64,000 nt of DNA from the human T2T-CHM13v2.0 reference genome, Homo sapiens (GCF_009914755.1 NC_060943.1); one strand, 5' to 3'; positions 38,392 through 60,441 are shown, counted from the stretch's first letter. Translations and numbers: made by a program. Notes: a model not told the origin generated them from the letters alone.

Positions 38392-38893
38392 CGCTTCGCA
38401 GCGTGTGTGCAGAGCCATCAATCCTTCCTTCCTCAATCCCGGGGGTCTCCCGCGTCCCCATACCCCCACCCCGGCCTCTGGTATGGGAACCAGTGACGTC
38501 TCTCCCGTGAGCCTGCCCGAGCCCGCAATGCCCTCAGGAGGCGCCCGCCCCGCCCTCTGGGCTTTCCGAGGGCTGCAAGGAACATGCGCTTCCGGGGGTG
38601 GAGAGGCGGTGAGGGCCGCCCCCGCAGCGTCCTGTTTGGGAGCCAGGTCTTCTCCTCGTTCTGCCCGGGCTCGACCAGGGGCTAGATCGGGGTTCGGGGA
38701 GCGAACAAGGCACGTCGGAGGGTGGCCCGGTGGCCCCTATTCGAGGGGTGGCTGTGGGCCAGGAGGTAGCGGTGGCGGCGGCCTCGCCTGTGGCCATCTG
38801 AGCCGTGGGCCGGTAGGCGGGGAGGAGAAGAGGGTCCGGCCGGTCACCGCCCTTGCACGCCTCCTCCTCTTAAAAATAAATAAATAAATAAAT
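38392..38893 (+). other. GC/CpG-rich segment directly after the 28S end; probable 3'ETS/spacer remnant with Sal-box-like motif (38667-38678) and A-rich tail (38871-38892)
   Basis: tcttctcctcgttctgcccGGGCTCGACCAG resembles the pyrimidine tract plus GGGTCGACCAG of the rDNA terminator. Confidence 0.5.
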
Positions 38894-39404
38894 GGCGAGT
38901 TGGGGGTGGACAGGGATGTTTTAGTGCTGTGCGTGCGTTCTGGAGCCACACCACCCTCTAGAACCAGGGCCACAACCACCCGTGACGCCCACCGTGAGAA
39001 GTGCCCTCTCCCAGAAGGGCCTGCACCAGAGACCTTGGTCTTTGTTCTTTTTGGAGAGATCTGTGCAGATCGAGGTCACTCCAGCCCTGGATTCAGGGAG
39101 GGCTGCACTATCAGAGAAAGACAGCTTCAGCGAGGCCTCACAGTGAGTCAGACCAGACTCTTCCCATCCCCAAGATCCCTGGACTATGGGGCATCATCCT
39201 GGGATCCCTAAGGTCACATGGGAAACTTCTCAAGCACCGATGCTGCCATCTGATACTGTGGCCTGATCCCACCCCTGGACACCTGGAAATTCTCATGAAC
39301 CCGTGGAGGCCTGGTGCTACCTGAAACTGTGACCTCATTCTACTTCCAACTCACAAGTTGAAGCGTAGATTTACATGCAGTCAAATCAATAATTAGATTA
39401 ATTG

Positions 39405-39830
39405 GCTGACTAAAGGAAAAACTTCAGACACGTTAAATTTAACACAGTTTAATTGAGTAATGAATGATGCATTAATCAGGTAGCCCCCAGACCCAGAGTA
39501 GGTTCAGAGAAACTTCAGGGTGTTCCGTCCATAAATGGTTGGATAACATCTACCGCAGAAGAAAGTGATGTAGAAGAAACTAAGGAAGGCACTGAAATAG
39601 CTGGACTGCTAACAGTTGGGTGCTTGCCTTATTTGAACCAGGTTTGAACAGTTAGTTGGGTACCTGTGATTGGCTGAGACTCAGCTATTTTTACTATAGC
39701 AGGTTACAGACTGTTTACACATCAAGTTAGGTTACAGTTCACTATGTATGGAGAAACCATTAGACCAAACTTAAAGTAGTAGGGAGGCAGCTTTAGACCT
39801 AACAATGTTAACAGGCCAAACATTTCAATT
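39405..39830. mobile_element. MER51/MER57-like ERV1 LTR
   Basis: ttaggttacagttcactatgtatggagaaacc...gggaggcagctttag. Confidence 0.65.
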
Positions 39831-39987
39831 AAGGGGTACAGATTGGTCAAATTGCATAAAAAAGCAATACCCATATATACTGTCTACAAGGGAAATATTT
39901 TACATATAGGGAAAAGCATTATTGAAAGTGTGAGTATTGAAAAAGATATACCATGCAAACAGTAAGCACAAGAAAGTTGAAGTACTA

Positions 39988-40203
<216 letters not shown>

Positions 40204-41432
40204 CTATGATTAGTAATTAGCAGTCTTCAAAAAGACATTCTGTGGCTTGGGGTTTAATAGTAAAATAATTAGCTGGCATGGTGACATGTTCCTGTACTCC
40301 CACCCAAGAGGCTGAAGTGGGAGGATTGTTTGAGCCCAGGAGTTTGAGGCTGCAGTGAGCTGTGATTGCACCACTGTACTCCAGCCTGGACAAGATTGAG
40401 AGAGATCCTGTCTCAAAAAAAAAATAAGTAAAACTGGTGGTTTAACCTCAAGGCTTACAACTCATTGTTTTGTAAGGTTTGCAGAAGATCTCAATCCTTT
40501 ACAAGTAGGAAGGAAAAGCCTGTTGGTTTGAGAGGGAACTGGGTGTGTGCATAGGCCTGTTGGTAGGAGAACTGGAGCACTCAAAAAGGGAGCTGCACGA
40601 TGCTTATGCCGGCTTCACTGAGGGCTGTGGGCATTGGAGGAATGGGCTTTGAAGGACAATTAGGAGTTTGTGGGGTAAACAAATGCATGGGGGAAGCGGA
40701 TTAGGGAGAGGTCTCCCATGCAGAGGGACCAGTGTGAGCAAAGCCAAAGAGGCTGGAAGAGACTAGGGATGTCCTGGGAATAGATATTAGACAGGGAATG
40801 ATAAGGGTGAGGCATGGGGGCTGGTCTCCAAGACCAGTGTGGGAGGTTGGAATTTTCCCCCAGGAATACAGGAAGCATGGAAAAAATTCTGAGGATGGAA
40901 TACGGAGGGCCTGAGGTATGTGGTGGCTCACTGTTGTGTGTTTCTCATTTCTGGATCTAAGAGACATTCTTTAATCCAGCAAATGTTTACTTACCTACAC
41001 TGTAATCATATGCTGAGTACACAGAGATGGATCAGACACAGCTGGAAGGAACCAGATACACACATGCCCATGCACACATGCACACTGACATGTACACCGA
41101 GACACACACATCAGACACACATTCACACACAGCACACAGATACACACAGACATACATATATACAGACATGTGCACACACAAACATGCATGCACTCACAGT
41201 CACACATGAACACACATAGCCAATTATACTATAAAGTACAAAAAAAAAATTTTTTTTTGAGACAGGGTCTTGCTCTGTCACCAGAGCAAAAGCTGGAGTA
41301 CAGTGGCGTTATCTCGGCTCACTGCAACTGCAACCTCCACCTCCTGGGCTCCAGCGATCCTCCCACCTCAGCCTCCCAAAGTGTTGGGATTACAGGCATG
41401 AGCCATGGCACCCAGCCTAGAATCTTACTTGA

Positions 41433-41732
<300 letters not shown>

Positions 41733-41992
41733 TGAGCCACCGTGCCTGGCCCATTAGAAAGTTTTAAACAGGAGTAATGTGGTGTGGCTTGCAATTAAGA
41801 GATCGCTCTGGTGCCAGGTGGGAAATAGCCACATGGGCAAGGGCAGGGCGTACTGCAATAATCCAGTGACCAATGGTGGTGTCACAAGTGCTTATATAAA
41901 AAGATGCCTTCACTGTATATTAGCCATTGAGCTTTTTTCTTTTTTACAAACGTTCCATGGATTCATAAACTATTTGCCAACCATTGCTCTAG

Positions 41993-42348
<356 letters not shown>

Positions 42349-42457
42349 TAGATGAGGACACTGAAGCTTGGAGAGGAACAGAAATTGGCTCAGGCTAAGG
42401 AAGATCTGTCAATCTCTCTTGCACCAAAAAGGCAAAGCCACCTTTCTCAAGGGGCTG

Positions 42458-42844
42458 TGTATTGGGGTGTTCTTGCACTGCTATAAAGAAATACCTGAGA
42501 CTAGAAGTAATTTATAAGAAAAGAGGTTTGATTGGCTCAAGGTTCTGCAGCTGTACAGGAAGCGTGGTGCCAGCATCTCCTTCTGGGGAGGCCTCAGAGA
42601 GCTTTTACTTATGGCAAAAGGATGCAGGCCAGAGAAGGGGAGCGAGAGAGAGTAAGAAGGGGAGGTGCCACACACTTAAACAACCAGATCTGGCAAGGAC
42701 TCACTCATCATTGCAAGGACAGCACCAAGTCATGAAGGATCTGCCCCCATAACCCAAACACCTTCCACCAGGTCGCATCTCCAACACTGGGAATTACATT
42801 TCAACATGAGATTTGGGCGGGGGACAAATATCCAAACTATGTCA
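42458..42844. mobile_element. MST (ERVL-MaLR) solo LTR
   Basis: gctataaagaaatacctgagact...aagaaaagaggtttgattggctca...atccaaactatgtca. Confidence 0.85.
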
Positions 42845-43233
42845 CGGAGCAAGAGGAGGTCCCTGGAGCTGTTGAAGCAGAAATGGGGTGAAGAATAGAG
42901 GTGGAGGGTGCTTAGGCTTCCAAGGTCTCTTCTAGGTGTGAGATGGAGGGATTCTGCGACCAAGTCACCTGGAGAGTGACTCAACAAGGTGACTGCTTTC
43001 CCAAGCACGAGCCCTCGGGGGACAGACGGGGGCTGAAAACTGGCACACATTCTTCCTGGATCCTTTGACATGTGATCATTCAAAGATAACAGTTCAAAGA
43101 TAACAAAGGGATTGAAGCTTTACCAATCCCTTTCTTATTGTGGCATTTTCTCTATTAAAAATAAATACTCATTTATACTATAACTTACAGAATCAGTACC
43201 AATTCTGAAAGTATACAAAGCGTTGCCTTACTT

Positions 43234-44015
<782 letters not shown>

Positions 44016-44290
44016 ACTTCATGTCACACCTGGAAAGCTTACATAGGCCAGGGGTGGTGGCTCACGTCTGTAATCCCAGTACTCTGGGAGGCCGAGGTGG
44101 GCAGATCACCTGAGGTTAGGAGTTCAAGACCAGCCTGGTCAACACGGCGAAACCCCGTCTCTACTAAAAATACAAAAATTAGCCAGGTGTGGTGGCAGGT
44201 GCCTGTAATCCTAGCTGCTCAGGGGAGACTGAGGCATGAGAATCGCTTGAACCTGGGAGAGGGAGGTTGCAGTGAGCTGAGATCACGTCA

Positions 44291-44674
<384 letters not shown>

Positions 44675-44999
44675 TCATGCATGCATTCGGGGTGCCCAAA
44701 GTGATGCTGAGGGGGGCATTCCTAGATTCAACCCTCCAGGAGACCATGAGGAGGCTGGTGCGATAGCGCAATCAGATGAAGACGCCTGGGCTGCACAGGG
44801 GCCACTGCAAGTGAAGACTCAAGAGGCCAAGCTGACTCCCAGAGGCTAGGGCCACTAAGGTGGGTGCCGAGGCAGGGGCCAGGCTGGGAACATGAGAGGC
44901 CATTTGGGTAGGGAGATAAGTTCCGTGAGTGAGGGCCAAGGGTCTGACCTCCTAGTGTGGCTGGAGAAGCAGAGACAACAGAGTGCAAAAAGAGAAATG

Positions 45000-45335
45000 G
45001 GCCAGGCGAGGCCATCTGGCAACGCACTGCCCACCCTCCATTGCGTGCCTCTGGCTGCAAAAACAGGCAGGATCTTCCGGCCGGTTTGCCCGCCACTCAC
45101 CTTCCGAGCATGCGCACCCTCCGAGATTGCCAGGAATTGACTTCTCTGTGGCCAATGAGGTGCCGCGTTCCTCCAGGCTCATCCAATGAACTTATCCGAT
45201 GCTTTTGCATCCACCAATGGGGTTTCGAGTGCTGTGTGGCCAGGCTGGCCCGGCCTTGCGTCGTAAGAGAATGCCAAGCCCGGGGAGAAGGCGTTCCGGG
45301 CCTCAACTTTGGCGTCGTGAGATTCTTGTGAGGCG
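45000..45335 (+). promoter_or_regulatory. TEX101 proximal promoter and probable non-coding first exon
   Basis: Locally CpG-rich; NRF1-like GCATGCGCA at 45108-45116; CCAAT at 45152, 45183 and 45214; candidate donors gtgaga (45316) and gtgagg (45328) about 0.9 kb upstream of the 46256 acceptor. Confidence 0.7.
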
Positions 45336-45384
45336 TCTGCCTGGAAGCCGGCAGCAATTTTGCTTCTTTAAAGAGAAAAAGAAG

Positions 45385-45735
45385 GCTAGGGACTCAGATT
45401 CCTGGATTCTGAGGAAAGAGAAGGCTGGGGACCCAGATCCTGGCTCTGAGGGGAACGAGGGTTGGGGGCCTGGGCTCCCGGGCCTGAGAGGGAGGGGACC
45501 AGAATGGTGTGTCCCGCAGGAAAAGGTGGTTGGAACCCAGACTCCTCGATCCCTACATAGGACGGGGCTGGGCTCTCAGAATCCCGGGTTCTGATGAGGC
45601 TGGGGCTGGGGCTGGGGGCCGAGATTCTGGGTCCCTGAGAGAATGTAAGGGACCCCTGAGACTGAGGGAGAAGCGGCCTTCAGGGCCACACTCCTGATCC
45701 TGAAGTTGGAGGGCACTGGGTGGCCGGGCCTGAGA
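45385..45735 (-). repeat. Degenerate 37-bp 19q-type minisatellite in the TEX101 first intron
   Basis: ggctggg...ctcctgggtctgagggag variants, reverse complement of the 3467-3592 unit. Confidence 0.7.
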
Positions 45736-45992
45736 ATTAAAACCATGAAAAACTGGGGCGTGATAAACCTGTGAACTCGCTCCAGCTCACAAGCCGGTTA
45801 GGGACAGAACGACTTTAGAAGTCGTGGTCATATACACCATAAACCCCACTGTGAGGCCGGGCATCAGGGCTCACTCCTGGAATCCCAGCACTATGGGGGG
45901 ACGAGGCGGGCAGATCACCTGAGATCAGGAGTTCGAGACCAGCCTGACCAACATGGTGAAACGTCATCTCTACTAAAAATACAAAAAATTCA

Positions 45993-46154
<162 letters not shown>

Positions 46155-46294
46155 TTAAAACACCCCACCCTGAAGTCAGTACTTGCCAGGACCTAGATTT
46201 GATCTCATGCACTCTGGCTGAAAAGTTAATTGCCTTCTCTCCATCAAATTCACAGATCCAGACCAGCTCCTCCCAGACCTCTCCAGAAGAAGCC

Positions 46295-48772
<2,478 letters not shown>

Positions 48773-48952
48773 GAAGGCACTTCTGGGCCTGGGTCTGAGG
48801 ACATCTTTTTTGACTGGGAGCCTTCTTACTGTTGAGGTTCAACAAGCTGAGGAGTAGATGGGAATTTGAGGGAGAATACAGAGATACTATGAACGTATTT
48901 GACATTTTTAATACAATTTCTGCTATAATTTTTGTATGCAGTAGGCGTTACT

Positions 48953-48958
48953 AATAAA
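48953..48958 (+). terminator. TEX101 poly(A) signal
   Basis: AATAAA 180 nt after the stop, followed by a GT/T-rich element (ctgtgatttgtgtatgttt). Confidence 0.9.
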
Positions 48959-49534
48959 CATTTCTGCTGTGATTTGTGTATGTTTCAACACTAGAAGTGG
49001 AATTTTAGTGCTGAAAGAGCCTTTAAAATTCATCTTCTCCAAACCACACATTCTCCAGAAAGAGAATCTGAGATCTGGAAAATTTCAGTGAGTTTCTTAC
49101 ATTTAGCTATGGCCAGAGCCAAGGCAAGAACTTACATATTTTGACGTAAAGTCTGATTTTCCTTTCACTCTAATATGCTAGCTCTCCTTGCTAGCAGAAG
49201 TAACTAGCATTAGCCTCCTCCAGAACACTCCCAGCCCAATCTTAAGGCTGCTGTTTTGGGGTTCTAAAATTTCCCTAGGAAGTATGGCCAAATGAGAAAA
49301 ATCAGACTCCAAATTCTCCAGTTATGGGCCTGCTGTAGTGGCTTATACCTGTAATCCCAGCACTTTGAGAGGCAGAGGTGGGAGGATTGCATGAGCCAAG
49401 GAGTTTGAGACCAGCCTGGGCAACCTAATGAGACTACATCTCTACAAAAAAAAATAATCCAAAAATTAGCCTGGCATGGTGGCGCTCGCCTGTAGTCCCA
49501 GCTACTTGGGAGGCTGAAGTGGGATGATCACTTA

Positions 49535-50170
49535 TGTCCACAAAAAGAGTCAAACTCTGTAAAATATTTGAAAAGATTTATTCTGAACCAAATGTGAGTG
49601 ACCGTGGTGTGTGACACAGCCCTCAGGAGACCCTGAAAACGTGCCTAAGGTGGTCGGGGCACAGCCTAGTTTTATACCGTTTAGGAAGACATGAGGCAAT
49701 CAAATACATGTAAGATGTACATTGTTTCAGTCCAGAAAGGCAGGACAACTCCAAGTGGAGGAAACTTCCAGGTTATAGGTAGATTCAAAAATTTTCTGAT
49801 TGGCCATTGGTTAAAAGAGTTATTATCTAAAGACCTGGAATCAGTAGAAAGGAATGTCTGGGTTACGATGATAAGGGATTGTGGAAACCAAAGTTTTATT
49901 ACACAAATGAAGCCACCATGTCGCAGGCTTCAGAGAGAATACATTGTAAATGTTTATCAGACTTAAGGTCTGTGTTGATGTTCATGCTGGTCAGCTTTTC
50001 CCAAAATCCAAAAGGGAGGCGGGTATATTGAGGCATGGCCGACTCTCCCTTCCCACAGCATGGCCTGAACCAGTTTTTCAGGTTAACTTTGGAAAGCCCT
50101 GGCTGAGAGGAGGGGACCCTTCAGATGGTTGGGGGCGGGGAGTGGCTTATAATTTTATTTTTTGTCTGCA
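49535..50170. mobile_element. MER4A-like LTR inserted into an AluJ (49327-49534 and 50171-50262)
   Basis: Alu right arm split at gatcactt...cacttgagctcaggagg. Confidence 0.8.
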
Positions 50171-50767
50171 CTTGAGCTCAGGAGGTTGAGGCTGCAGTGA
50201 GCCATGATCATGCCTCTGTACTTCAGACTGGATGACAGAGTGAGATCCTCTATCAAAACAAAAGGCAAATTCTCTCATTACAGTGGGCCCCATTTCTCTG
50301 TGTCCTGTCTATCCCTTGCCTGCTCTACATCATTCCTTCCCTTCCCTGGGGCTGACTTAATGACTCTTCAGTGGACTTGGGAGGGAGGGAGGAAGGATTC
50401 ATTACAGTATGGTGAATGGGGACCTGTGACTACTTGGGCGGCAAAGATTTTTGGAAAATTCTCATGCTTATTATTACTCAAAAATACATAAGCTCTATCT
50501 TATTGTAAAAGACTCAAATGATATCAGAGGTGTATAGAGCAAAGTAAAAGGTGGGGAGGGTAAAAGGGAGACAGATATTTTCTTCTAAAAAAAAAAAAAA
50601 AAACAGCTTTACTAAGACTTATCTGACACACAGTAAACGGCACCAGAGGTGGAAGGAGAGACTTTTATTACAAACACTTGTTCCCCTCTCAAAAGACTGG
50701 GGAGTTTGGCCATAGTATATATATTCCAACCAAGTTCTTTCTAGAAAGTTCTCTGGTTCTACCCACT

Positions 50768-52098
<1,331 letters not shown>

Positions 52099-53465
52099 CT
52101 CTCCTGCAGTTTAAGCGCTACTCTAGCTAATTCCTTATCTTTGTCCTTAGGTAGCCAGTCCCCATTGTGTCAGTTTGCTAAATCTCCCTAAAGAGGAAGA
52201 AGAAGCACACGAAAATCAAATTTTAACTGAGGGCCAGGTGCAGTGGCCCACACCTATAGTGCCAGCACTTTGGGAGGCCAAGGCGAGTGGATTACTTGAG
52301 CTCAGGAGTTTGAGACCAGCCTGGGCAACATAGTGAAACCCCGTCTCTACAAAAAATACAAAAATTAACTGGGCATGGTAGTGTGTGCCTGTACATAGTC
52401 ACAGCTATTTGGGAGGCTGAGACAAGAGGATGGCTTGACCCAGGGAGGTGGACAGTTTGCTGAGGTCACGCCACTGCACTCCTCCTCCCTAGATGATAGA
52501 GCATGACCCTGTCTCAGAGACAGAGAGAAAGAAAAAGGAAGAAAGGAAGAAAAAGAAAGAGAGAAAGAAAGGAAGGAAGGAAGGAAGGAAGGAAAGAAAG
52601 AAAGAGAAAGAAAGAAAGAAAAGAAAAGAGAGGAAAGAAAGAGAAAGAAAAGGAAGGAGTGACAATGCCAAATTCTGGAGAGGAATTGAGAAACTAGATC
52701 TCTCATATATTGCTGTAAGAATGTGAAATGGTGCACCCACTCTGGAAAATAGTTTGGCCATTTATTTAAAAACTAAACACACACTTACCATCTACCCAGC
52801 AGTCATACTGCTGAGCGTTCATCCACAAGAAATGGAAACTTAAGTCAACACAAAATCATGTATGTGCTTGTTCTTAGCAGCTTTATTTGTAATAGCCCAA
52901 AATGAAAACAACCAAAATGTCTTACAGTAGGTGAATGTTAAACTCCACAATAGAAAGAAACAAACTATTTATACACACAGAAACTTGGCTGGATCTCAAT
53001 GGCATTATGCTGAGTGGAAAAAAGTCCATCTCAAAGGTCATATATGTACTATATGAATCCATGTATATAATATTCTTGAAATGGCAAAATCATAGCAATA
53101 GAGATGTATTTTATTTAACTGAATGGTATATCCAAAATATTACCATTAAACATGTAATCAATACAAATTTTAATGAGCTATCTTACATTCTTTTTTATAC
53201 TAAGTCTTCAAAATGTGGTGTGTATTTCACAATCATGATACATCTTAATTTGGACTTGTTACATTTCAAGCATTCAGTATCCACATGTGGCTACTATATG
53301 ATATAGTGGCTACTGTATTGTACAGCACAGATCTAAATAACATAAAATGCCTCTTCAAATGGATGGCTCTTTTTTATCGTGATGTTTATTTTATTATTGA
53401 GTTTTGAGTATGTTTCATATTTGCATATTACAAATGCAAATTCCTTAACAGGTATATCATTTTAA

Positions 53466-53851
<386 letters not shown>

Positions 53852-54071
53852 TAATGAAGTCCAATTTATCAACTTTATGAAATATGCTTTTAGTATTATA
53901 TATTATACATTAGCCAAGTTTGTTATTGCTTGTTTGTTTGTTGTTGTTGTTGTCACTGCTATTCTAAGTCGTTTGCATTTCCAAATGAATTTTAGAATCA
54001 TCTTGTCAATTACTACAAAAATCCTGCAAGGATTTTGATTGGGATTGTTTGAGGAGAATTGACATCTTAAC

Positions 54072-55271
<1,200 letters not shown>

Positions 55272-55799
55272 TTAATAATACTGTGTCTTCTTCCCCATTC
55301 ATACCATATATCTTTTCATTTATTTCACAACAGTGCTGAAATAAATGAAAAGATATATGCTATGAATGGGGAAGAAGACACAGTATTATTTCACAGTGTG
55401 AAATTTCCTTCAGCATTGTTGTGCTGTTTCCAGTATACAGGTGTTGGCAGGGATATAGAAAAACTGGAATGCATATATTATGGGTGGGCACCTGCATGAG
55501 ATCCCAAGAAACAGCAACTAGGCCAGGGTGACTGGAGCAGAGGAAATGAGGAAGAGCATCTTAGGAGATGTGGTCAGAGGTAACGGGAATACAGATCTCA
55601 GGGAGCTCATAGGCAACTGCACTGACTCTGGCTTTTATGCCAGGTGAATTTGGAAGTTGTTAGAGAGTTTAGATCAGGCTAGGTGTGGTGGCTCATGCCT
55701 GTAATCAATCCTAGCACTCTGGGAGGCCAGAGTGGGAGGATAGCTTGTGTCCAGGAGTTTGAGACCAGCCTAGGCAACATAGCAAGATCCTCATTTCTA

Positions 55800-55961
<162 letters not shown>

Positions 55962-56304
55962 TTAAAAAATAAAGAAAGACAGAGAGATTGAGGGAGGGGA
56001 GAGAGAGAGAAAGGAAGGGAGGAAGGGAGGAAGGAAGGAAGGAAAGAAGGAAGGGAGAGAGGGAGGGGGCAGTGCAGAGGGAGGGAGGGGAAAAGAAAGA
56101 GAAGAGAAGAGAAAAGGAAAAGAAAAGAAAGAAGAAAAAGTTAGTTTATGTCAGGGTGTGATACGATGTTTTGACTTCTCTTGTCTAAGGAGCCCTCTAG
56201 CTGCTATGTTGAGAATAGTCTGGAGGAAGACAAAATTGGCAGTGGGAGACCCACTAAATTGCTGTTTGCCACGTTTTTAAAAGCTGAATAGCTTAGATCA
56301 GTAG

Positions 56305-56841
56305 TTTAGGAGATCGACAAGACTTGTTTTCTGGTCACAACGCTGCTGACTAAAACAGGATTTAGTCCAGACAGGATAAAGTGAAGAAACTGGACAAAAC
56401 CAGCAGATGACAGCAAAAGTGACCCTAGCTGCCCTCATTGCTCATTAGCTCAAGACACTGCCCCCAGCACCATGACAGTTTATAAACGCCATAGCAACGA
56501 CCCAGAAGTTACCACCCATTTCTATGGCAATGATCTGGAAGTTGCTGCCCTTTTCCTGGAAACTTGTTAAATAACTCACTCCTTAATTTGCATTAATCCA
56601 CACCTTAATTTGCATGTAATTGAAGTGGCTATAAGAGAATATAAATGTAGTTGCCAAGGGTTCACAGGTTGCCAACTCTGGGCACACTGCCAATGAGTTA
56701 TCCCTGCTCAGCAAGGAGCAGTACCATTCAATAAAAGATTACTGCCTAATACCCGGGGCTCGCCCTTGAATTCTTTCCCGGTCAAAGCCAAGAACCCTCC
56801 CAGCCTAAGCATCATGTTGGGGGCCTGTCCATCCTGCATCA
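56305..56841 (+). mobile_element. ERV1 solo LTR (LTR19/MER48-like)
   Basis: aataaa, then gaattctttcc...gccaagaaccctccc...cctgcatca end. Confidence 0.65.
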
Positions 56842-58337
56842 GTTTTTTTGTTTTGTTTTTGTTGCTGTTGTTGTTTGTTTTTGTTTTGTTTTGTTTTGAG
56901 ACAGGGTCTTGCTCTGTCACCCAGGCTGGAGTGCAGCGGCACAAACGCAGCTCACTGTAGCCTCTACTTTCTGGGCTCAAGTGATCCTCCCATCTCAGGC
57001 TCCTGGGTAGCTGGGCCTCCAGGCACGCACCACCAGAGCTGGCTAATTTTTTTTTTAATTTCGTAGAAACAGAGTCTCACCATGTTACTCAGGCTGTGCT
57101 CAAACTTCTGGGCTTAAGCGATCCTCCCACCTGGGCCTCCCAAATTTCTGGGATTACAGGTGTGAGCCACTGCACTCAGCGTGCATCAGTTCTAACTACC
57201 AAATTGAAAGGAACTTAGAGGAGAAAAGAGCATGTTAAATGCCTGTGGGGATGGAACTAGCAAAATCCAGATTATGGAAGCTGCAAGACAATGACCTAAC
57301 TTTGTCAAAACATAAATTTGAGAGAAGAAGAAAAAAAAGTAAGGGAAGCTATAGTTTAAGAGGAACTTAAACACACAAAATCAAATGCAATTTGTGGACC
57401 TTGCTTGGATCCTGGCTTGAATAATCAGATATAAAATAATACTTTTCTGATACAGCTAAGAAAATGCATTCATTGATTATTTAATGAGGTAGGTATCTTA
57501 AATTCTATTAGATATGAGAACTGAGATCATGTATTTCAACATGACTTACCTGTTTGTTTGACTTTCAAAAAAGCCTTGCCTGGAAGGATAAGACTGTAAA
57601 ACAATAAAGAACTCATTGTTTGCTTCAGGAAAATAAAAAAAAAAAAAAATTTATCTAGGCAAACAATTTGCTCACCTGGGCATATAGCTCTCCTCTCAAC
57701 ACATGGCTCAACTGGGCAAAAAGCTCACTTATCAGACAATAGTTTGCTTCTCAAGACTTCTCTCAAGACCTCCATTCTGTTGTGTTCACCAATTCTAAAC
57801 TATCGTCTCATACTTTTTATCCAATTTTATTTTATTTTATTTTATTTTACTTTATTTTATTTTATTTTATTTTATTTTATTTTGAGATAGTGTCTCGCTC
57901 TGTCGCCCAGGCTGGAGTGCAGTGGCATGATCTCGGCTCACTGCAACCTCCGCCTCCTAGGTTCTTTCCTGACCTCAGGTGACCCGCCTGCCTCAGCCTC
58001 CCAAAGTGCTGGGATTACAGGCGTGAGCCACCGCACCCAGCCCTTTGCCCAATTTTAGTCAGTTCCTTGCTTTAAAGAATTACCTCAAATACCCTTACAT
58101 CATTTTCCCCTTTGTGACACTGTTGAGACACCACCGAACTTTGTTCTCCCTTGCTGCAATTGGCCTTATAAACTCTTACTTTGCGTGATCAATGGGTTTC
58201 TCTGGTAGTCTTTGCAAGAAAGTCAACCATTAATAGATACGCTGATTTCATGACATGTTTATTTTAATTTTTTTATTTTCTTGTAACTTTATCGTCACAG
58301 AATGTGGCATATTTATTTTTTAAAAGGGAGAGGCTCA

Positions 58338-58646
<309 letters not shown>

Positions 58647-59336
58647 TTATCTTTTTAAAACTATATATACAGAATGGCTGGGCATGGTGGCTCACATCTG
58701 TGTTCCCAGCATTTTCGGAGGCCAAGGCAGGCGAATCACTTGAGGTCAGGAATTCAAGACCAGCCTGACAAACATGGTGAAACCCCGTCTCTACTAAAAA
58801 TACAAAACTTAGCCAGGTGTGGTGATGGGTGCCTATAATCCCAGCTACTCAGAAGGCTGAGGCAGGAGAATCGCTTGAACTTGAGAGGTGGAGGTTGCAG
58901 TGAGCCAAGATGGCACCATTGCACTCCAGTTTGGGCAACAGAGTGAGATTCCATCTCAAAAAAAAAAAGAATATACATATATATATATATATATAAAATC
59001 TCTACACACACACACAATACACACACAGACACACACACACACACAGAGAAGGATTTACAAATAAAATGAAATAATGTCTGAGATTTACTTCAATACAATA
59101 TGGAATAGAGAGTAGGGAGAGGCATAGATGAAGTGAAACTGGTCATCATTTCGAGGCAATCATTATTGAAGCTGGTTGACAGCTACATGGGGTTCACTAT
59201 AAGACTTTTGTCTGGCCAGACGTCGTGGCTCACGCCTGTAATCCCAGCACTTTAGGAGGCCGAGGTGGGTGGATTGCCTGAGGTCAGGAGTTTGAGACAA
59301 GTCTGACCTACATGGTGAAACCCAGTTTCTAATTTA

Positions 59337-59519
<183 letters not shown>

Positions 59520-60090
59520 TTATCTACTTAGATATATTTCTGAAACAGTCCATAATAAATGAGTTTTATGTGTGCTACTCAGACCACAACATTGGAGTTA
59601 TTCTTGATCTCCCTCTCCTATCCCATATCCAATCCTTTAGCATATCCTGTTGATTCTGCCTTTAAAATACCTCTAGAATCTGACCATGTCTCATAACCTC
59701 CGCTGCTTCTTCTCCAGTCCAAGCTGCCACCATTTCTCACCTTGATTATTGCAACAGCCAAGAGTCTCTATGCTTTGACCTTTCCCTTCCCACAATCCCA
59801 TTCTCTTCTCGACTTAGCAGCCACAGTGATCCTTTTTTAAAGTAAGCCTAAACCCTGTCTCTTAGCCAGGCATGGTGGTGCACACTTGTAGTCCCAGCTA
59901 CTCAGGTGGCTGAGGCGGAAGAATCGCCTGAGACCAGGAGTTCAAGACTGCACTGAGCTATGATTGCGCCACTGCACTCCAGCCTGGGCAACACAGCAAG
60001 ACCCTGTCTCAAAAACAAAATAATAAAGAAATGAAGAAATAAAAAATAAACTCGCTCTCTATCAAAACCCTACAATGACTCTCCACCTCA

Positions 60091-60441
<351 letters not shown>

